Positions 1 to 10,014 of a DNA stretch of 32,000 nt are shown in pieces. The translations under genes and the position numbers were made by a program. Origin of the DNA: Cuniculiplasma divulgatum (GTDB lineage Archaea > Thermoplasmatota > Thermoplasmata > Thermoplasmatales > Thermoplasmataceae); the NCBI RefSeq assembly GCF_900083515.1, contig NZ_LT671858.1, positions 1-32,000 of the forward strand, in the 5' to 3' direction. The notes below the pieces were generated by a model. The model ran no database searches and had not been told where the DNA came from. It saw only the letters and a list, made by a program, of their open reading frames with translations. Positions within the stretch are counted from its first letter, which is position 1; each line of letters starts with the position of its first letter.

Positions 1-46
1 AAAATAAGAAGATTGAATAAAAAATATTATATATCATAAAAATACA

Positions 47-2446
47 TTGGGATATCTATTGCCAGATACATTAATTATTTCAGAGAAAGCAGATGCAGGA
101 AGAAGGATTGCCTATTTTCTATCCGATGGTAAATCAAAACAGAAAAGATCAAAGGGTTTGAGTTACATAGAATATGAGAATGAGGTTGGTGGTTTTTATC
201 TGGTTCCACTGAGTGGGCACATTGTGGAAATTGATTTTCCAAAAACACTCAAGGATTGGAAATTAGAAAATCTGAAAGAACTTATTTCATCAAATGTAAT
301 TCATAATGTTAAAAACAAGACCGCCTATGAGAGCTTAAAAACGCTTTCTGCAGGCATTAAAAGAGTTATAATTGCTACTGATTATGACAGGGAAGGAGAA
401 TTAATAGGTACAGAAGCTCTGGATATTGTTAAAAAGGACAAATCCTTCCATGGAGAAATCAAAAGGGCTAAGTTCAGCGCTCTAACAGGCAAGGAAATAA
501 AGGACGCTTTTGCAAACTTTATAGATGTGGATTACAATCTTTCAGATTCAGCTGCTGCAAGGGAGGAGATTGATCTTTACTGGGGAGCAGCTCTTACAAG
601 GTTTTTCTCGCTTATAACAAACAGGCTAGGTAAGAATTTCCTATCCATAGGAAGAGTGCAAACACCCACTCTTGGGCTAATCGTAAAGAGGGAAAGAGAG
701 ATAGAAAACTTTGTTCCGGAAAAGTTCTGGGAAGTTAAGGTTGACTTTCTCAAGGATGACGTTTTTACCGGTATCTACGAAGAAGGCAGAATAAACGATG
801 AGAAAAGGGCAAGAGAAATCCTTGAAAATATTATAGGAAAGGATGGAATTGTAAACGAGTTTGAAAAGGGAATGGAAAGAATCTACAAGCCTGCTCCCTT
901 CAACACAACAGAGTTCATGAGAGAGGCTTCTAGAATAGGAGTTATGCCTTCGAGAGCTATGAAGATTGCCGAATCACTGTATGTAAAAGGATTTATAAGT
1001 TATCCAAGGACTGATAATACAGTATATCAGAGAAGCATAAACCTCAAGTCAGTGGTAGAAAAACTGAAAAACAGTGAATTGAAGAAGGAAGCAGAAATGG
1101 TTCTTTCTCAGGAAAAAATAATACCTTCCAGGGGTAGAATGGAAGCGACCGATCATCCGCCAATCTATCCAACAGAGGTTCCAAAAAGTGGGAGCCTGAG
1201 AGCAGATGAAGCAAAGGTCTATGAACTCATAGCCAGGAGATTTCTGGCTACACTTTACAGGGAGGGTACCCGAGAGGTAAAGTCAGCAAAGATAGAAATT
1301 GACCATTATAACTTTAAGACAAATGGAACCAGAGTGGTCGATCCAGGATGGCTATCCATATATACATATAGAAAGTTCAAGGACATCTTTCATCCCGATC
1401 TTGAGAAAGGTGAGAAGGTAAAGGCTGAAAACTGGAGAATAGAGGAAGGAGAAACAAAGCCTCCATCAAGATTTGATATGGCCTCGCTCATTAAGGAAAT
1501 GGAAAACCTGAATCTAGGAACGAAGAGTACCAGACACGATATTATTGATAAGCTCCAGAGCAGGGGGTTTATTGAGGGAAATCCAGTCAGACCAACGGCC
1601 CTTGGCTCATCTCTTATAGATGGGGTCACAACAGTGGATTCAAAGATAGCTGAGCCAGACATGACTGCAGAGCTCGAATCGTTCATGAACAACATTGCAG
1701 CTGGGGAGAGAACAAAGGATTCAGTAGTTTCAACATCAAGAAACATGCTTTCCAGTGTTTTAGAAGAGCTTGGAAATAACAAGGATTCCATAGCAAATAT
1801 AATTCGTGGAGCACTTGAAACAGGTACTGTTGTAGGTAAGTGCAACATAGACGGAACCAATATACAGGCAATAAAGATCAGGGACACAATAAGGTTCAGA
1901 TGCGAGAGGGATAACTGCATCGATTACTACCACAAGATAAGGGGGTTAATCAAGCCATCCGAAGAGAACTGTGTGGTTTGTGGAAAACCTGTAGTAACTG
2001 TTATAAGAAGGGGACAATCCCCAGAAAAATTATGCATTGATCCCTTATGTAAATTCAACACAGAGAAGAAGGACATCGGTCTCTGTCCACTTGACGGTGG
2101 ACATATGATTATAAGACAATCAAAATATGGAAAAAGATTTCTTGGCTGTTCTAATTTTCCAAAATGCAGGCAAACATATGCACTTCCACAAAAAGGTGAG
2201 ATTAAGATGACAGGAAAGATTTGTGAATACTGTCATGCTCCAATAATATCCGTTTCCTTCGGGAGTGGATCAAGAGAAATGTGTCCCAACATATCATGCG
2301 AAAGTAATAAAAAGTCAAAATCCGATATGGAGAAAGTGAAGAGTACTGCTGTGAAAAAACCATTAACCAGAAAGAAAACTGTGAAGAAATCAGGTTCATC
2401 TGCATCTAAGGAGAAAAAAGCCAGGAAGAGTGTAAAAAATGCTTAA
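47..2446 (+). CDS. topA: DNA topoisomerase I, type IA (archaeal TopA) with C-terminal zinc-ribbon repeats and Lys-rich tail
   Basis: 799-aa ORF. Toprim motif IIATDYDREGELIG, GRVQTPTL, and catalytic-Tyr motif ISYPRTDN. Three Cys-cluster zinc ribbons (CVVCGK..CIDPLC, CPLDGG..CSNFPKC, CEYCHAP..CPNISC). Non-ATG start: TTG at 47, alternative TTG at 59. Confidence 0.93.
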   Translation: MGYLLPDTLIISEKADAGRRIAYFLSDGKSKQKRSKGLSYIEYENEVGGFYLVPLSGHIVEIDFPKTLKDWKLENLKELISSNVIHNVKNKTAYESLKTLSAGIKRVIIATDYDREGELIGTEALDIVKKDKSFHGEIKRAKFSALTGKEIKDAFANFIDVDYNLSDSAAAREEIDLYWGAALTRFFSLITNRLGKNFLSIGRVQTPTLGLIVKREREIENFVPEKFWEVKVDFLKDDVFTGIYEEGRINDEKRAREILENIIGKDGIVNEFEKGMERIYKPAPFNTTEFMREASRIGVMPSRAMKIAESLYVKGFISYPRTDNTVYQRSINLKSVVEKLKNSELKKEAEMVLSQEKIIPSRGRMEATDHPPIYPTEVPKSGSLRADEAKVYELIARRFLATLYREGTREVKSAKIEIDHYNFKTNGTRVVDPGWLSIYTYRKFKDIFHPDLEKGEKVKAENWRIEEGETKPPSRFDMASLIKEMENLNLGTKSTRHDIIDKLQSRGFIEGNPVRPTALGSSLIDGVTTVDSKIAEPDMTAELESFMNNIAAGERTKDSVVSTSRNMLSSVLEELGNNKDSIANIIRGALETGTVVGKCNIDGTNIQAIKIRDTIRFRCERDNCIDYYHKIRGLIKPSEENCVVCGKPVVTVIRRGQSPEKLCIDPLCKFNTEKKDIGLCPLDGGHMIIRQSKYGKRFLGCSNFPKCRQTYALPQKGEIKMTGKICEYCHAPIISVSFGSGSREMCPNISCESNKKSKSDMEKVKSTAVKKPLTRKKTVKKSGSSASKEKKARKSVKNA

Positions 2447-3323
2447 CAGGAGAATTGCTACTGAAATTGGTACTGCAGTATTATTTCTGGTAGCCTCTCT
2501 TATCGGTCTCGTTATGGCTCTCGAACTGGAGAGCGTTAGTCCAACAAACCCAAGCCAGAATACTTCTGCAGGATTTGGATACGTGATATATTTCATAGTT
2601 GCAGTTATATTAATGTCTGTTGTGATTCTATATATCTCAAAGAAGAAGAGGCTTGGAATACTCAGGATCATTTTTGTATTATCCATGGTTTTTGTAATCT
2701 ATATCGTATCAAGTCTTCTTTATGCACTTCTTCCAATTACATATCCTGAATACTATTTTCTCAGTTTTGGAACACCTGTACTTTTCCTTTATCTACTCCT
2801 TTTCAAACAGAACTGGATCGTAATAAATATTGCAGGGATTCTTACCGCAGCAGGTCTAGCAGCAATTTGGGGTGTAGATCTTGGGCTTTATGCAGCCATT
2901 GTTCTAATGATAGTCTTTGCCATTTATGATTACATAGCTGTTTACAAGACAAAACACATGCTTGATATTGCAAGAGCTACAACATCTTCAAACATGCCAC
3001 TTTTTTTCATAGTGCCGGAGAACATGAACTTTGATATGAAGGATGCAGACATAGACATACCAAGAGAAGAGGGAAGAGAGAGGGGTGCAATAATGATAGG
3101 TTTTGGAGATATAGCAATTCCTAACGTAATGGTAATATCATCCTTCCTCTATTCCGGAGCAACAACTTCAAGTCTTTCATTTTTCATACTTCCCCTCCTT
3201 GGAGGCATAATAGCAATGTTCATTCTCTTCAGTTTCATAAAAAGGCCAGCCCCGGGATTGCCATTCCTGAACACTGGAGTTCTAATAGGTTTTATAATAG
3301 CACTGGTTCTCAGAGGAATCTGA
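2439..3323 (+). CDS. Presenilin / signal-peptide-peptidase-like intramembrane aspartyl protease (A22 family, archaeal PSH type)
   Basis: 294-aa polytopic membrane protein. YD motif (IYDYIAV, nt 2925-2930), GxGD motif (GFGD, nt 3099-3110) and a PAL-like PAPGLPFL near the C-terminus. ATG overlaps the topA 3' end by 8 nt. Confidence 0.8.
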   Translation: MLNRRIATEIGTAVLFLVASLIGLVMALELESVSPTNPSQNTSAGFGYVIYFIVAVILMSVVILYISKKKRLGILRIIFVLSMVFVIYIVSSLLYALLPITYPEYYFLSFGTPVLFLYLLLFKQNWIVINIAGILTAAGLAAIWGVDLGLYAAIVLMIVFAIYDYIAVYKTKHMLDIARATTSSNMPLFFIVPENMNFDMKDADIDIPREEGRERGAIMIGFGDIAIPNVMVISSFLYSGATTSSLSFFILPLLGGIIAMFILFSFIKRPAPGLPFLNTGVLIGFIIALVLRGI

Positions 3324-3382
3324 TATTGCTTAAAAAATAGTTTAATAACTAATCAAATAAAAAAATCATAGAAATGAAAGAC

Positions 3383-6300
3383 TCATTTCTTCTTTTCACT
3401 CAGTTTTATCATCTCCATGATCTTACTAAGAGCAAGATCCATCTGTGGATCTTTTCCACTATGCCAATCTTCAGGTTTTATTTCCACTTCATATGTTGGA
3501 TCCGTTCCGTAATTTTCTACGCCAAACCCAACATCCCTGAACTTCATCCCAAATCTTGGCTGAGTCACCTGAGTACCATCTGCCAGCCTTCTTTCAGGGC
3601 TTATTCCAATTACTCCACCCCACGTTCTGGTACCGATTAGTGGCCCTAGGCTTAACAGCTTGAAAGAATGACTGAAAATATCCCCATCAGATCCTGCATT
3701 CTCGTTTGTAAGAGCTATCATTGGCCCCTCAACAGAATAGGATGGATATGGGGAATCCTGCCCTCTCCTTGGATGAGTAAGTGCTATTCTTTCCCGCATT
3801 AGCTTTTCAAGGACAAGTTGTGAAACATTGCCTCCCCCATTGAACCTGACGTCAACTATAAGACCAAATTTCTTGAATTCCCTTGTATAAAGCCTGTAAA
3901 ATTCTGCAAGTCCATCCAGCATCATGTTTGGGATATGAACATAACCTACCTCCCCTCCAGTTTTTTCATGTACCATCTTCCTGTTTTCCTCAACCCAGCT
4001 CCTGTATCTGAGATATCTATCATCTGGAATTGTCTTAACGTAGTTTGAAAATGCCTTCTTGTCCTGAGTTTTGACATCAATTCTGATTATCTCAGATGGT
4101 AGATTAAGTAATATCTCATCGATTGTTTTTCCATCGGGTCCAGGGGACTCTCCATTAATGGACACAATCTGGTCACCCTCCATGAATCCTCCCAGGAGCA
4201 GTGGACTTTTTTCATTCTCATTTGAAAGATCTCCATGATAAATTTTCTTTATGTAGTATTTCTTTCCTCTTAATTCAAAATCAGCCCCAAGATGTCCTAT
4301 GGGTATGGCATCAGAAGAAAGGAAGTCTCCACCTGTTTCATAGGAATGTGACGTTCTGAACTCTCCCTGCATCTCTCTCATTATTTCAGACAGTTCAAAC
4401 CTTGTGGTGATCTTGCTAACAAGGGGTTCATACTTCTCATATATCTGCCGTGCATTCTTTGTTGCAAACTCCTCCTTCCAGAAAAAGCTTGTTGCCAGCA
4501 GCCATGTCTCATTGAACATCTGCTTCCACTCTTCCAGAGGTTCTATCCTTATTTTCAGATCTTTGAGATGGATTTCCTTTTCCTCGTCAAAACCACTCAC
4601 CATTTCCTTCGCAACCTTTGCCTGTAGCTTGAAAACTTTATTTTTTTCCTTTCTGATTAACACAGATTTTTCATCCACTGAAACTCTGAAATCAAGCACC
4701 TTTTCCGCAACAGTCTTAGGCTTCTTTGTTTCAAAGCTGAAGAAAACAAGTTTACCAGCTCTCTGTCTCCCCGATGCGGCATTCTTTAGCAAGCCTTCGG
4801 CCCTGTATGAAAGGTATAGCAAGCCTCCTTTTATGGCCCTAAGAGAATTGAAGTTACCCGAATCTATGGGTAATGAATCGGAAAATGATCCTGCACTCTC
4901 TCTTTCAGATTTTAGTCTCATGGATTCTGGTATCCTGACTGTTGGTGAAAAGTCACCACCATCGATCTTCATATAATATATTCTAGTCATCAGGGGAAAT
5001 GAGTAGTTGAAAGTTGCCCTGTCCTCTACTGGATCAAAAGTCCTGTCAGAAAGATAATAAAGATAAGACCCAGAAGGATCAAAGGATGGTGAATAGTCAT
5101 TAGCCGTTCTTTCTGTTATTTCTTTCTTCTCCATCCTGTCAAGCACCACTGTTTTTACAATGGAACCGTCCCTCTGCCCAAAACCTCCTGTCATATATGG
5201 GAATGTATATGCAATTTTGCCTGAGTCATTTGACCATGCAACATCCCTTATTTTTCCTGCCTCACTTTCATCAATCAGATCACAAGACATATTCTCTATA
5301 TTCACCATATAAAGCTGAAACAGAATATTTGTAACCGCAATCTTCTTTCCATCAGGAGAAGGAAACGTGTTATCTATCAGTCCAATATTTCTTTTAAGCT
5401 GCGTGTGCTTCGAAATGTCTGAAATTTCAGATATGCATAGAAATTCCCCATCCTTATCCTGCCTTACATAGGAGACTCTTTTTCCATCAAGGAACTTCAT
5501 CAGTCTTACCCTTCCATGTGATTGAATTTGCAACTGTGGACTCATTTCTTCAGATGTTATGATGCCTTTACCCCGGAGGACAAATCCATATGTATCATCC
5601 TTTCCGTTCATTGTATATTCTTCCAGGTAGTTTGCGGTATCCGGGAACTTCGATGATGGAAACGTTATCCCTGAGTCCATTCTTACCTCAATTTTCTTTT
5701 CCTCCTTTTTTTCTGGATTTAATGTAAATAATTCGCCTCCCATGGAATACAACAGAACCTCACCATTCGATGAAAGATGCCTTGGATAATAGGTCTTGAA
5801 ATCAGAATGCTTCGTTAATTTTCCACCCTTTACATCAACGGAATATATCTGTCCATTGCCTTCATGATCGGAAACAAAAAACACTTTTTCACCATGGATA
5901 CATGGAGAGGAAACGTGTCCATCCAGGTCTACTATTTTGTTAAATTTTCCATTGAGCTTTCCTGACCAGATAACGCCTCTGGTTCCACCTTTATAACCCT
6001 TCCAGTGTGGCATATCGTATGTATATCTTCCTATTACCACATCATCTCCGTGGAATAATATGTGAGATCCTGGACCAAGATTCAGAGGGTTCAAATTTAG
6101 TGTTTCTGTATCAAGTTCATAGAAGAATGTAAGAGCTCCAAACGGTGACATTGCATCTGTTGAAATAATTGGTACATCTCCCTTCCAGCCTGCAACATCT
6201 GTAAACATCCTTCTTGGTACACTTTTGCCGTTAAGGAAAGTAACCCTCTTCACCATACCTGTTACCCTGTCATACATATACAGGTCTGCCAGTGATCCAT

Positions 6301-6490
6301 CCTTGCCCCTCATCGATCTGAAAATTATCTTATTTCTGTCTGGAGAAAATCTCGCATTATTTATTATACCTTCATTTGACACTACAACCCTTGAGCTTCC
6401 ATCTTTCAAATCTCCGACCCAGATTTTATCATTGGAAACAAAAAGAAATTCGTTACCCATGATATCTGGCCCATGCTTGTAAAATACCAT
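3383..6490 (-). CDS. tri: Tricorn protease (S41-family giant core protease: beta-propellers + PDZ + C-terminal serine peptidase domain)
   Basis: 1035 aa. The N-terminal stretch (INNARFSPD..KIIFRSMRG..ADLYMY..KRVTFLNGKS..RRMFTDVAGW..ISTDAMSPF, PHWKGYKGGTRG, YYPRHL) closely matches what I recall of Thermoplasma acidophilum tricorn. The length also fits. Confidence 0.93.
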   Translation of the reverse strand: MVFYKHGPDIMGNEFLFVSNDKIWVGDLKDGSSRVVVSNEGIINNARFSPDRNKIIFRSMRGKDGSLADLYMYDRVTGMVKRVTFLNGKSVPRRMFTDVAGWKGDVPIISTDAMSPFGALTFFYELDTETLNLNPLNLGPGSHILFHGDDVVIGRYTYDMPHWKGYKGGTRGVIWSGKLNGKFNKIVDLDGHVSSPCIHGEKVFFVSDHEGNGQIYSVDVKGGKLTKHSDFKTYYPRHLSSNGEVLLYSMGGELFTLNPEKKEEKKIEVRMDSGITFPSSKFPDTANYLEEYTMNGKDDTYGFVLRGKGIITSEEMSPQLQIQSHGRVRLMKFLDGKRVSYVRQDKDGEFLCISEISDISKHTQLKRNIGLIDNTFPSPDGKKIAVTNILFQLYMVNIENMSCDLIDESEAGKIRDVAWSNDSGKIAYTFPYMTGGFGQRDGSIVKTVVLDRMEKKEITERTANDYSPSFDPSGSYLYYLSDRTFDPVEDRATFNYSFPLMTRIYYMKIDGGDFSPTVRIPESMRLKSERESAGSFSDSLPIDSGNFNSLRAIKGGLLYLSYRAEGLLKNAASGRQRAGKLVFFSFETKKPKTVAEKVLDFRVSVDEKSVLIRKEKNKVFKLQAKVAKEMVSGFDEEKEIHLKDLKIRIEPLEEWKQMFNETWLLATSFFWKEEFATKNARQIYEKYEPLVSKITTRFELSEIMREMQGEFRTSHSYETGGDFLSSDAIPIGHLGADFELRGKKYYIKKIYHGDLSNENEKSPLLLGGFMEGDQIVSINGESPGPDGKTIDEILLNLPSEIIRIDVKTQDKKAFSNYVKTIPDDRYLRYRSWVEENRKMVHEKTGGEVGYVHIPNMMLDGLAEFYRLYTREFKKFGLIVDVRFNGGGNVSQLVLEKLMRERIALTHPRRGQDSPYPSYSVEGPMIALTNENAGSDGDIFSHSFKLLSLGPLIGTRTWGGVIGISPERRLADGTQVTQPRFGMKFRDVGFGVENYGTDPTYEVEIKPEDWHSGKDPQMDLALSKIMEMIKLSEKKK

Positions 6491-6502
6491 TGTTCTGTAG
6501 TG

Positions 6503-6517
6503 TAATTATATTATATA
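6503..6517 (-). promoter_or_regulatory. TATA-like box for tricorn (leaderless spacing)
   Basis: Minus-strand tatataat is centred about 23.5 nt upstream of ATG 6490. Confidence 0.45.
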
Positions 6518-6601
6518 GCCATTTTCTATGAAACTCTTAATTTTTATACCTGTTCAAAGTTTAAAATATCTCTCAAAAAATCAAAACAGTTTAAAGAACC
6601 A

Positions 6602-6609
6602 TTTTATAA
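6602..6609 (+). promoter_or_regulatory. TATA-like box for the S53/A5 protease gene
   Basis: ttttataa is centred 23.5 nt upstream of ATG 6629. Confidence 0.45.
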
Positions 6610-6625
6610 GATTAGAATATTTTCA

Positions 6626-9600
6626 TTGATGAAATTGAAAAGCAATAAAAAAATCATATCCATTCTTATGGTTCTTGGTTTCCTCTTTTCAACCATGGCA
6701 GTACTGTCAGGCACGGACCAGGTTTCAGGAATGATTACACATTCATCCGGTTCGCAAAACAAATCAATAGAAAACAACCTCCTCATTTCCTCCAATTTAG
6801 TTCCTTTAAGAAATTATGTAAACACATCAGAAAAATACAGCATAAAAAGCCCAAGAGAAGTTAACACAACAAACAGTAACAAAAGCGAAAGTATTCTCGT
6901 GGGATTCCAGTTCTCAAATCTTTCAGAACTGGTGAGTCTACTTTCGAATATATCTAATAAAAATTCTCCACAATATCACAGGTATATTTCCAGGGCTCAG
7001 TTTGAAAGGAGGTTTGAACCTTCAGATGCAATTTATAATAATTTTATAAAATATCTTCAATCAAATGGTATATATCACATCACAACCTATAAAGGAAGAT
7101 CCATAGTTACATTCACATCCACAACGAAATTAGTTGACAAAATGTTCAGGGTTAAGACAGAAGATTTTGTAAATGGTTCTCAGAATTATTATGCAGCAGT
7201 TGGTGTTCCTAAAGTCCCATCATACTTCAATAACTATGTAACTTCCATAATAGGCCTGTCAAATTATTCGCAGTATGTAATGAGTCTGAATCTTCAGCAT
7301 AAAGTGGCAGTGCAGAAAAATGCATCAGTTAAAAAAACACCGCAGGGAAACATCATTTCACCTGCCTGCTATGATGGTACACAGTATTTTTATGCTCCAG
7401 AATTTCAGTCTGCTTACAATGAAAGAACACTATTCAGAGAATATGGATATCCAACCTCTTCTGTTGAGGCAACCATATTATGGGGTGGTGAATATAATGG
7501 AACAAACACAAGCACTCCTTATGGAACCCTAACACATGACGAAAGAGTAGGTTCATTTGTTCCATCAAACGTATACTGTTACTTCAATGAGACAATGCCA
7601 GCTGGTGAACCACATGCTAAGGTTGTTGGAGTACCTCTTAACGGGGCTGTATCGCCAGGCCCTCTAGCGCAGTATGACAGCACTGGAGCAAATTTTGAAA
7701 ACACTCTGGACATGGAAATGCTTGGAAGCACAGCACCCGGTTCGACCATATATAATGTATATGGAAACAGTTCCTCTTATTACAATATTAATCTGGCTTT
7801 CAATTATATACTGAATCCAGGGAGCAAAAGTTCTAAACTTAACAACGTTTCAGTAATTTCAAATTCGTGGGGAGGATGTAACGTTAACTGCACTAGCTTT
7901 TGTGAAGATGACATGGAGGCTCAGGCAAGGGGAATCACAGTTCTTGCCTCATCAGGCGATGCTGGCGATAATGCCAATAGTACTAAATGGGTAGGGACAA
8001 ATGTGGAATTTCCATCTGTACTTGGATACAATAACTTTGGGGTAGTTGCTGTTGGAGGAACAACTTTCCAGTTGAATGCAACGTCTAACATCGAATCTCA
8101 GAGGAACTGGTACGTCCCAGAAGGGGACAAAAATTTAAGAGGCCCATATGGAACAAGTTCAGGAATTGACACATGTCTCAAGGAACCAACTTGGCAAAAG
8201 GATTCATCAGCGAATCTTGTAATTAAGGGGGAAGGAAGAGGTGTTCCAGACATATCTGCCATAGCCAACGATACACTGGTAACCATCTCAATTTCTGGAT
8301 ATACCTATGATGCAACAAACGCAACATACGGAGGTAGATTCGAATATGCATGGGGAACAAGCATTGCATCACCTGTCACGGCTGGAATACTTTCAGAAAT
8401 TGATTCAGTCTTATATAAAAATAATGATAGTCGTTTAGGTTTTCTGGACTCTTTGCTTTATAAGTTAGGAAATGAACAGTTTGAAAAGGAATCTTCAAAC
8501 AGCACCACAGGATACATTGACACTGGAACATATAATTCTACATTGCCTGCACTTCCATTCTATCCTGTAGAAACTGGAAGGAACCACATATATCACGCAA
8601 GATATGGATACAGCCTTCTTGATGGATGGGGATCAATAAATGCCTATAACCTTACGATATATACTCTGAAAAGGAACTTCAGGAACAATAATTCTGATCT
8701 TTTGGGAATCGATAATAATCTTACCTTAAAGTCTCTGGATGTCAGTTCATATAACTCGACCGGTTCTCTCAATAGATTCTATAATGCCTCAGTTCAACAA
8801 AATTTATTTCTTGCCAATGAAATGGGACAGCCACTTTACTGGATTCAAAATGTAATTTACTTAAACAAGACAGTTTCAGGAGGATATGTGGTCAATTACA
8901 CCGGATGGGTTAACTATCCATTTTATGGAATTTATCAAACATCAACCGTATATCACTACACGTTCCCTTCAGGAAGAATAATCTTACTGCCACATAGTTT
9001 TAATATTTCTACACAGTTAAACGTCAACGGAAACCCCATGGACAGTTATCTCAAATTTTTTGTTAACAGGCATGAAATAAAAATGAATGTTACAGGGGCT
9101 GCGTTTATAATAGGGGCAAGAAACTATTCATATTATTATGAAAACAATCTAATTTATAATGGACCATATCCCAACAACAAATTTCAGGGTGGATTAGATC
9201 CACAATTTGGTCTTGTTGGTGGCCCTTCTGCATATCTTGGAATATTCAGGAATTCAACAACCGCTTATGTGAAAAGTTACATTGAAAATGAAGAAGGGCA
9301 TTGGATAGTTCCTAGAACAAGATCATTCAATGAATCAATTGATCAGACAGGTGAAAATGCAACAAACCTGATCTACTCCCCGAATGGAACAGGATGTTAC
9401 AGTATTGGCATAAAACCAGGAAGTAAGGAGCAGGGACTGGTTTTCTATACTACGACAGGAAGAGAAAAATTCAAGCTAGACTTCCTTGAGACAAATCTTA
9501 CAGACGGAACAGTTTGGAACCTGACATTTGAAGGGAAGAAATATTCATCAAATCTGAACAACATTACTGTATATTCTGTCAATGGAACCTATACATACGA

Positions 9601-10012
9601 AGCTGAAAACACAACACTGTTTTACAACCAAAATTTTCATAAAGTTATTTCAGTAAGTGGCAAAAATATAACAGTACAGATCATTTACATAAGGTATTCA
9701 TACATTCACGGAACTGTATCACCTTCAGATACAACTCTGTCATTTAACGGAAAGAATGTGCAAATATCCGGAAATGGTCAGTTCAATATAACAACCACTT
9801 ACGGAAGTTTTGTTCTAAAGGCATCATCGCCAGGCTTTAAAACAAAATACATGAACTTTACAGTTCAGAAGGGGAAATCACTTAAACTTAATATTTCCCT
9901 TTCAGAAATTAAACAACATGGTCCGAATTATATTTACCTTTACTTAACACTGATCCTGCTTGTCATCATAACAGTAATTGCAGTCGCTATAAATTTAAAA
10001 AGGAGGAGGTAG
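6626..10012 (+). CDS. Secreted, C-terminally membrane-anchored multidomain protease: sedolisin/kumamolisin-type S53 peptidase (with pro-domain) fused to a thermopsin-like (A5) region, GT.W repeat, CarboxypepD_reg-like domain and TM anchor
   Basis: Signal peptide (ISILMVLGFLFSTMAVLS). The probable true start is ATG 6629, because 6626 is TTG. Pro-kumamolisin-like segment SPQYHRYISRAQFERRFEPS. S53 catalytic motifs ENTLDMEM (E358/D362, nt 7697-7711), NSWGG, SSGDAGD, WGTSIASP (Ser579, nt 8360-8362). Thermopsin-like ASVQQNLFL..YWIQNV (nt 8837-8854) and FGLVGGPSA. FLETNLTDGTVWNLTF..NGTYTYEAE repeat. C-terminal TM plus KRRR. About 30 N-x-S/T sequons. Confidence 0.8.
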   Translation: MMKLKSNKKIISILMVLGFLFSTMAVLSGTDQVSGMITHSSGSQNKSIENNLLISSNLVPLRNYVNTSEKYSIKSPREVNTTNSNKSESILVGFQFSNLSELVSLLSNISNKNSPQYHRYISRAQFERRFEPSDAIYNNFIKYLQSNGIYHITTYKGRSIVTFTSTTKLVDKMFRVKTEDFVNGSQNYYAAVGVPKVPSYFNNYVTSIIGLSNYSQYVMSLNLQHKVAVQKNASVKKTPQGNIISPACYDGTQYFYAPEFQSAYNERTLFREYGYPTSSVEATILWGGEYNGTNTSTPYGTLTHDERVGSFVPSNVYCYFNETMPAGEPHAKVVGVPLNGAVSPGPLAQYDSTGANFENTLDMEMLGSTAPGSTIYNVYGNSSSYYNINLAFNYILNPGSKSSKLNNVSVISNSWGGCNVNCTSFCEDDMEAQARGITVLASSGDAGDNANSTKWVGTNVEFPSVLGYNNFGVVAVGGTTFQLNATSNIESQRNWYVPEGDKNLRGPYGTSSGIDTCLKEPTWQKDSSANLVIKGEGRGVPDISAIANDTLVTISISGYTYDATNATYGGRFEYAWGTSIASPVTAGILSEIDSVLYKNNDSRLGFLDSLLYKLGNEQFEKESSNSTTGYIDTGTYNSTLPALPFYPVETGRNHIYHARYGYSLLDGWGSINAYNLTIYTLKRNFRNNNSDLLGIDNNLTLKSLDVSSYNSTGSLNRFYNASVQQNLFLANEMGQPLYWIQNVIYLNKTVSGGYVVNYTGWVNYPFYGIYQTSTVYHYTFPSGRIILLPHSFNISTQLNVNGNPMDSYLKFFVNRHEIKMNVTGAAFIIGARNYSYYYENNLIYNGPYPNNKFQGGLDPQFGLVGGPSAYLGIFRNSTTAYVKSYIENEEGHWIVPRTRSFNESIDQTGENATNLIYSPNGTGCYSIGIKPGSKEQGLVFYTTTGREKFKLDFLETNLTDGTVWNLTFEGKKYSSNLNNITVYSVNGTYTYEAENTTLFYNQNFHKVISVSGKNITVQIIYIRYSYIHGTVSPSDTTLSFNGKNVQISGNGQFNITTTYGSFVLKASSPGFKTKYMNFTVQKGKSLKLNISLSEIKQHGPNYIYLYLTLILLVIITVIAVAINLKRRR

Positions 10013-10014
10013 TA

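Noticed and set aside
39-50. 12-mer AAAATACATTGG repeated at 22249-22260, both times just downstream of a TATA-like element
   Set aside because: A single shared 12-mer in 32 kb of AT-rich DNA is within chance expectation, and the flanks do not match.
1390-1920. 176-aa minus-strand ORF (and the nested 62-aa ORF) inside topA
   Set aside because: It is antisense to a confidently identified gene. Its Ser/Leu/Phe-rich low-complexity translation is typical of a shadow ORF opposite K/E-rich coding sequence, and it has no promoter or motif support.
4404-4976. 190-aa plus-strand ORF antisense to tricorn
   Set aside because: It is long for an AT-rich genome. However, the translation is S/F/L-rich with no motifs, it lies wholly inside a conserved gene, and no TATA-like element precedes it. 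I treat it as a shadow ORF.
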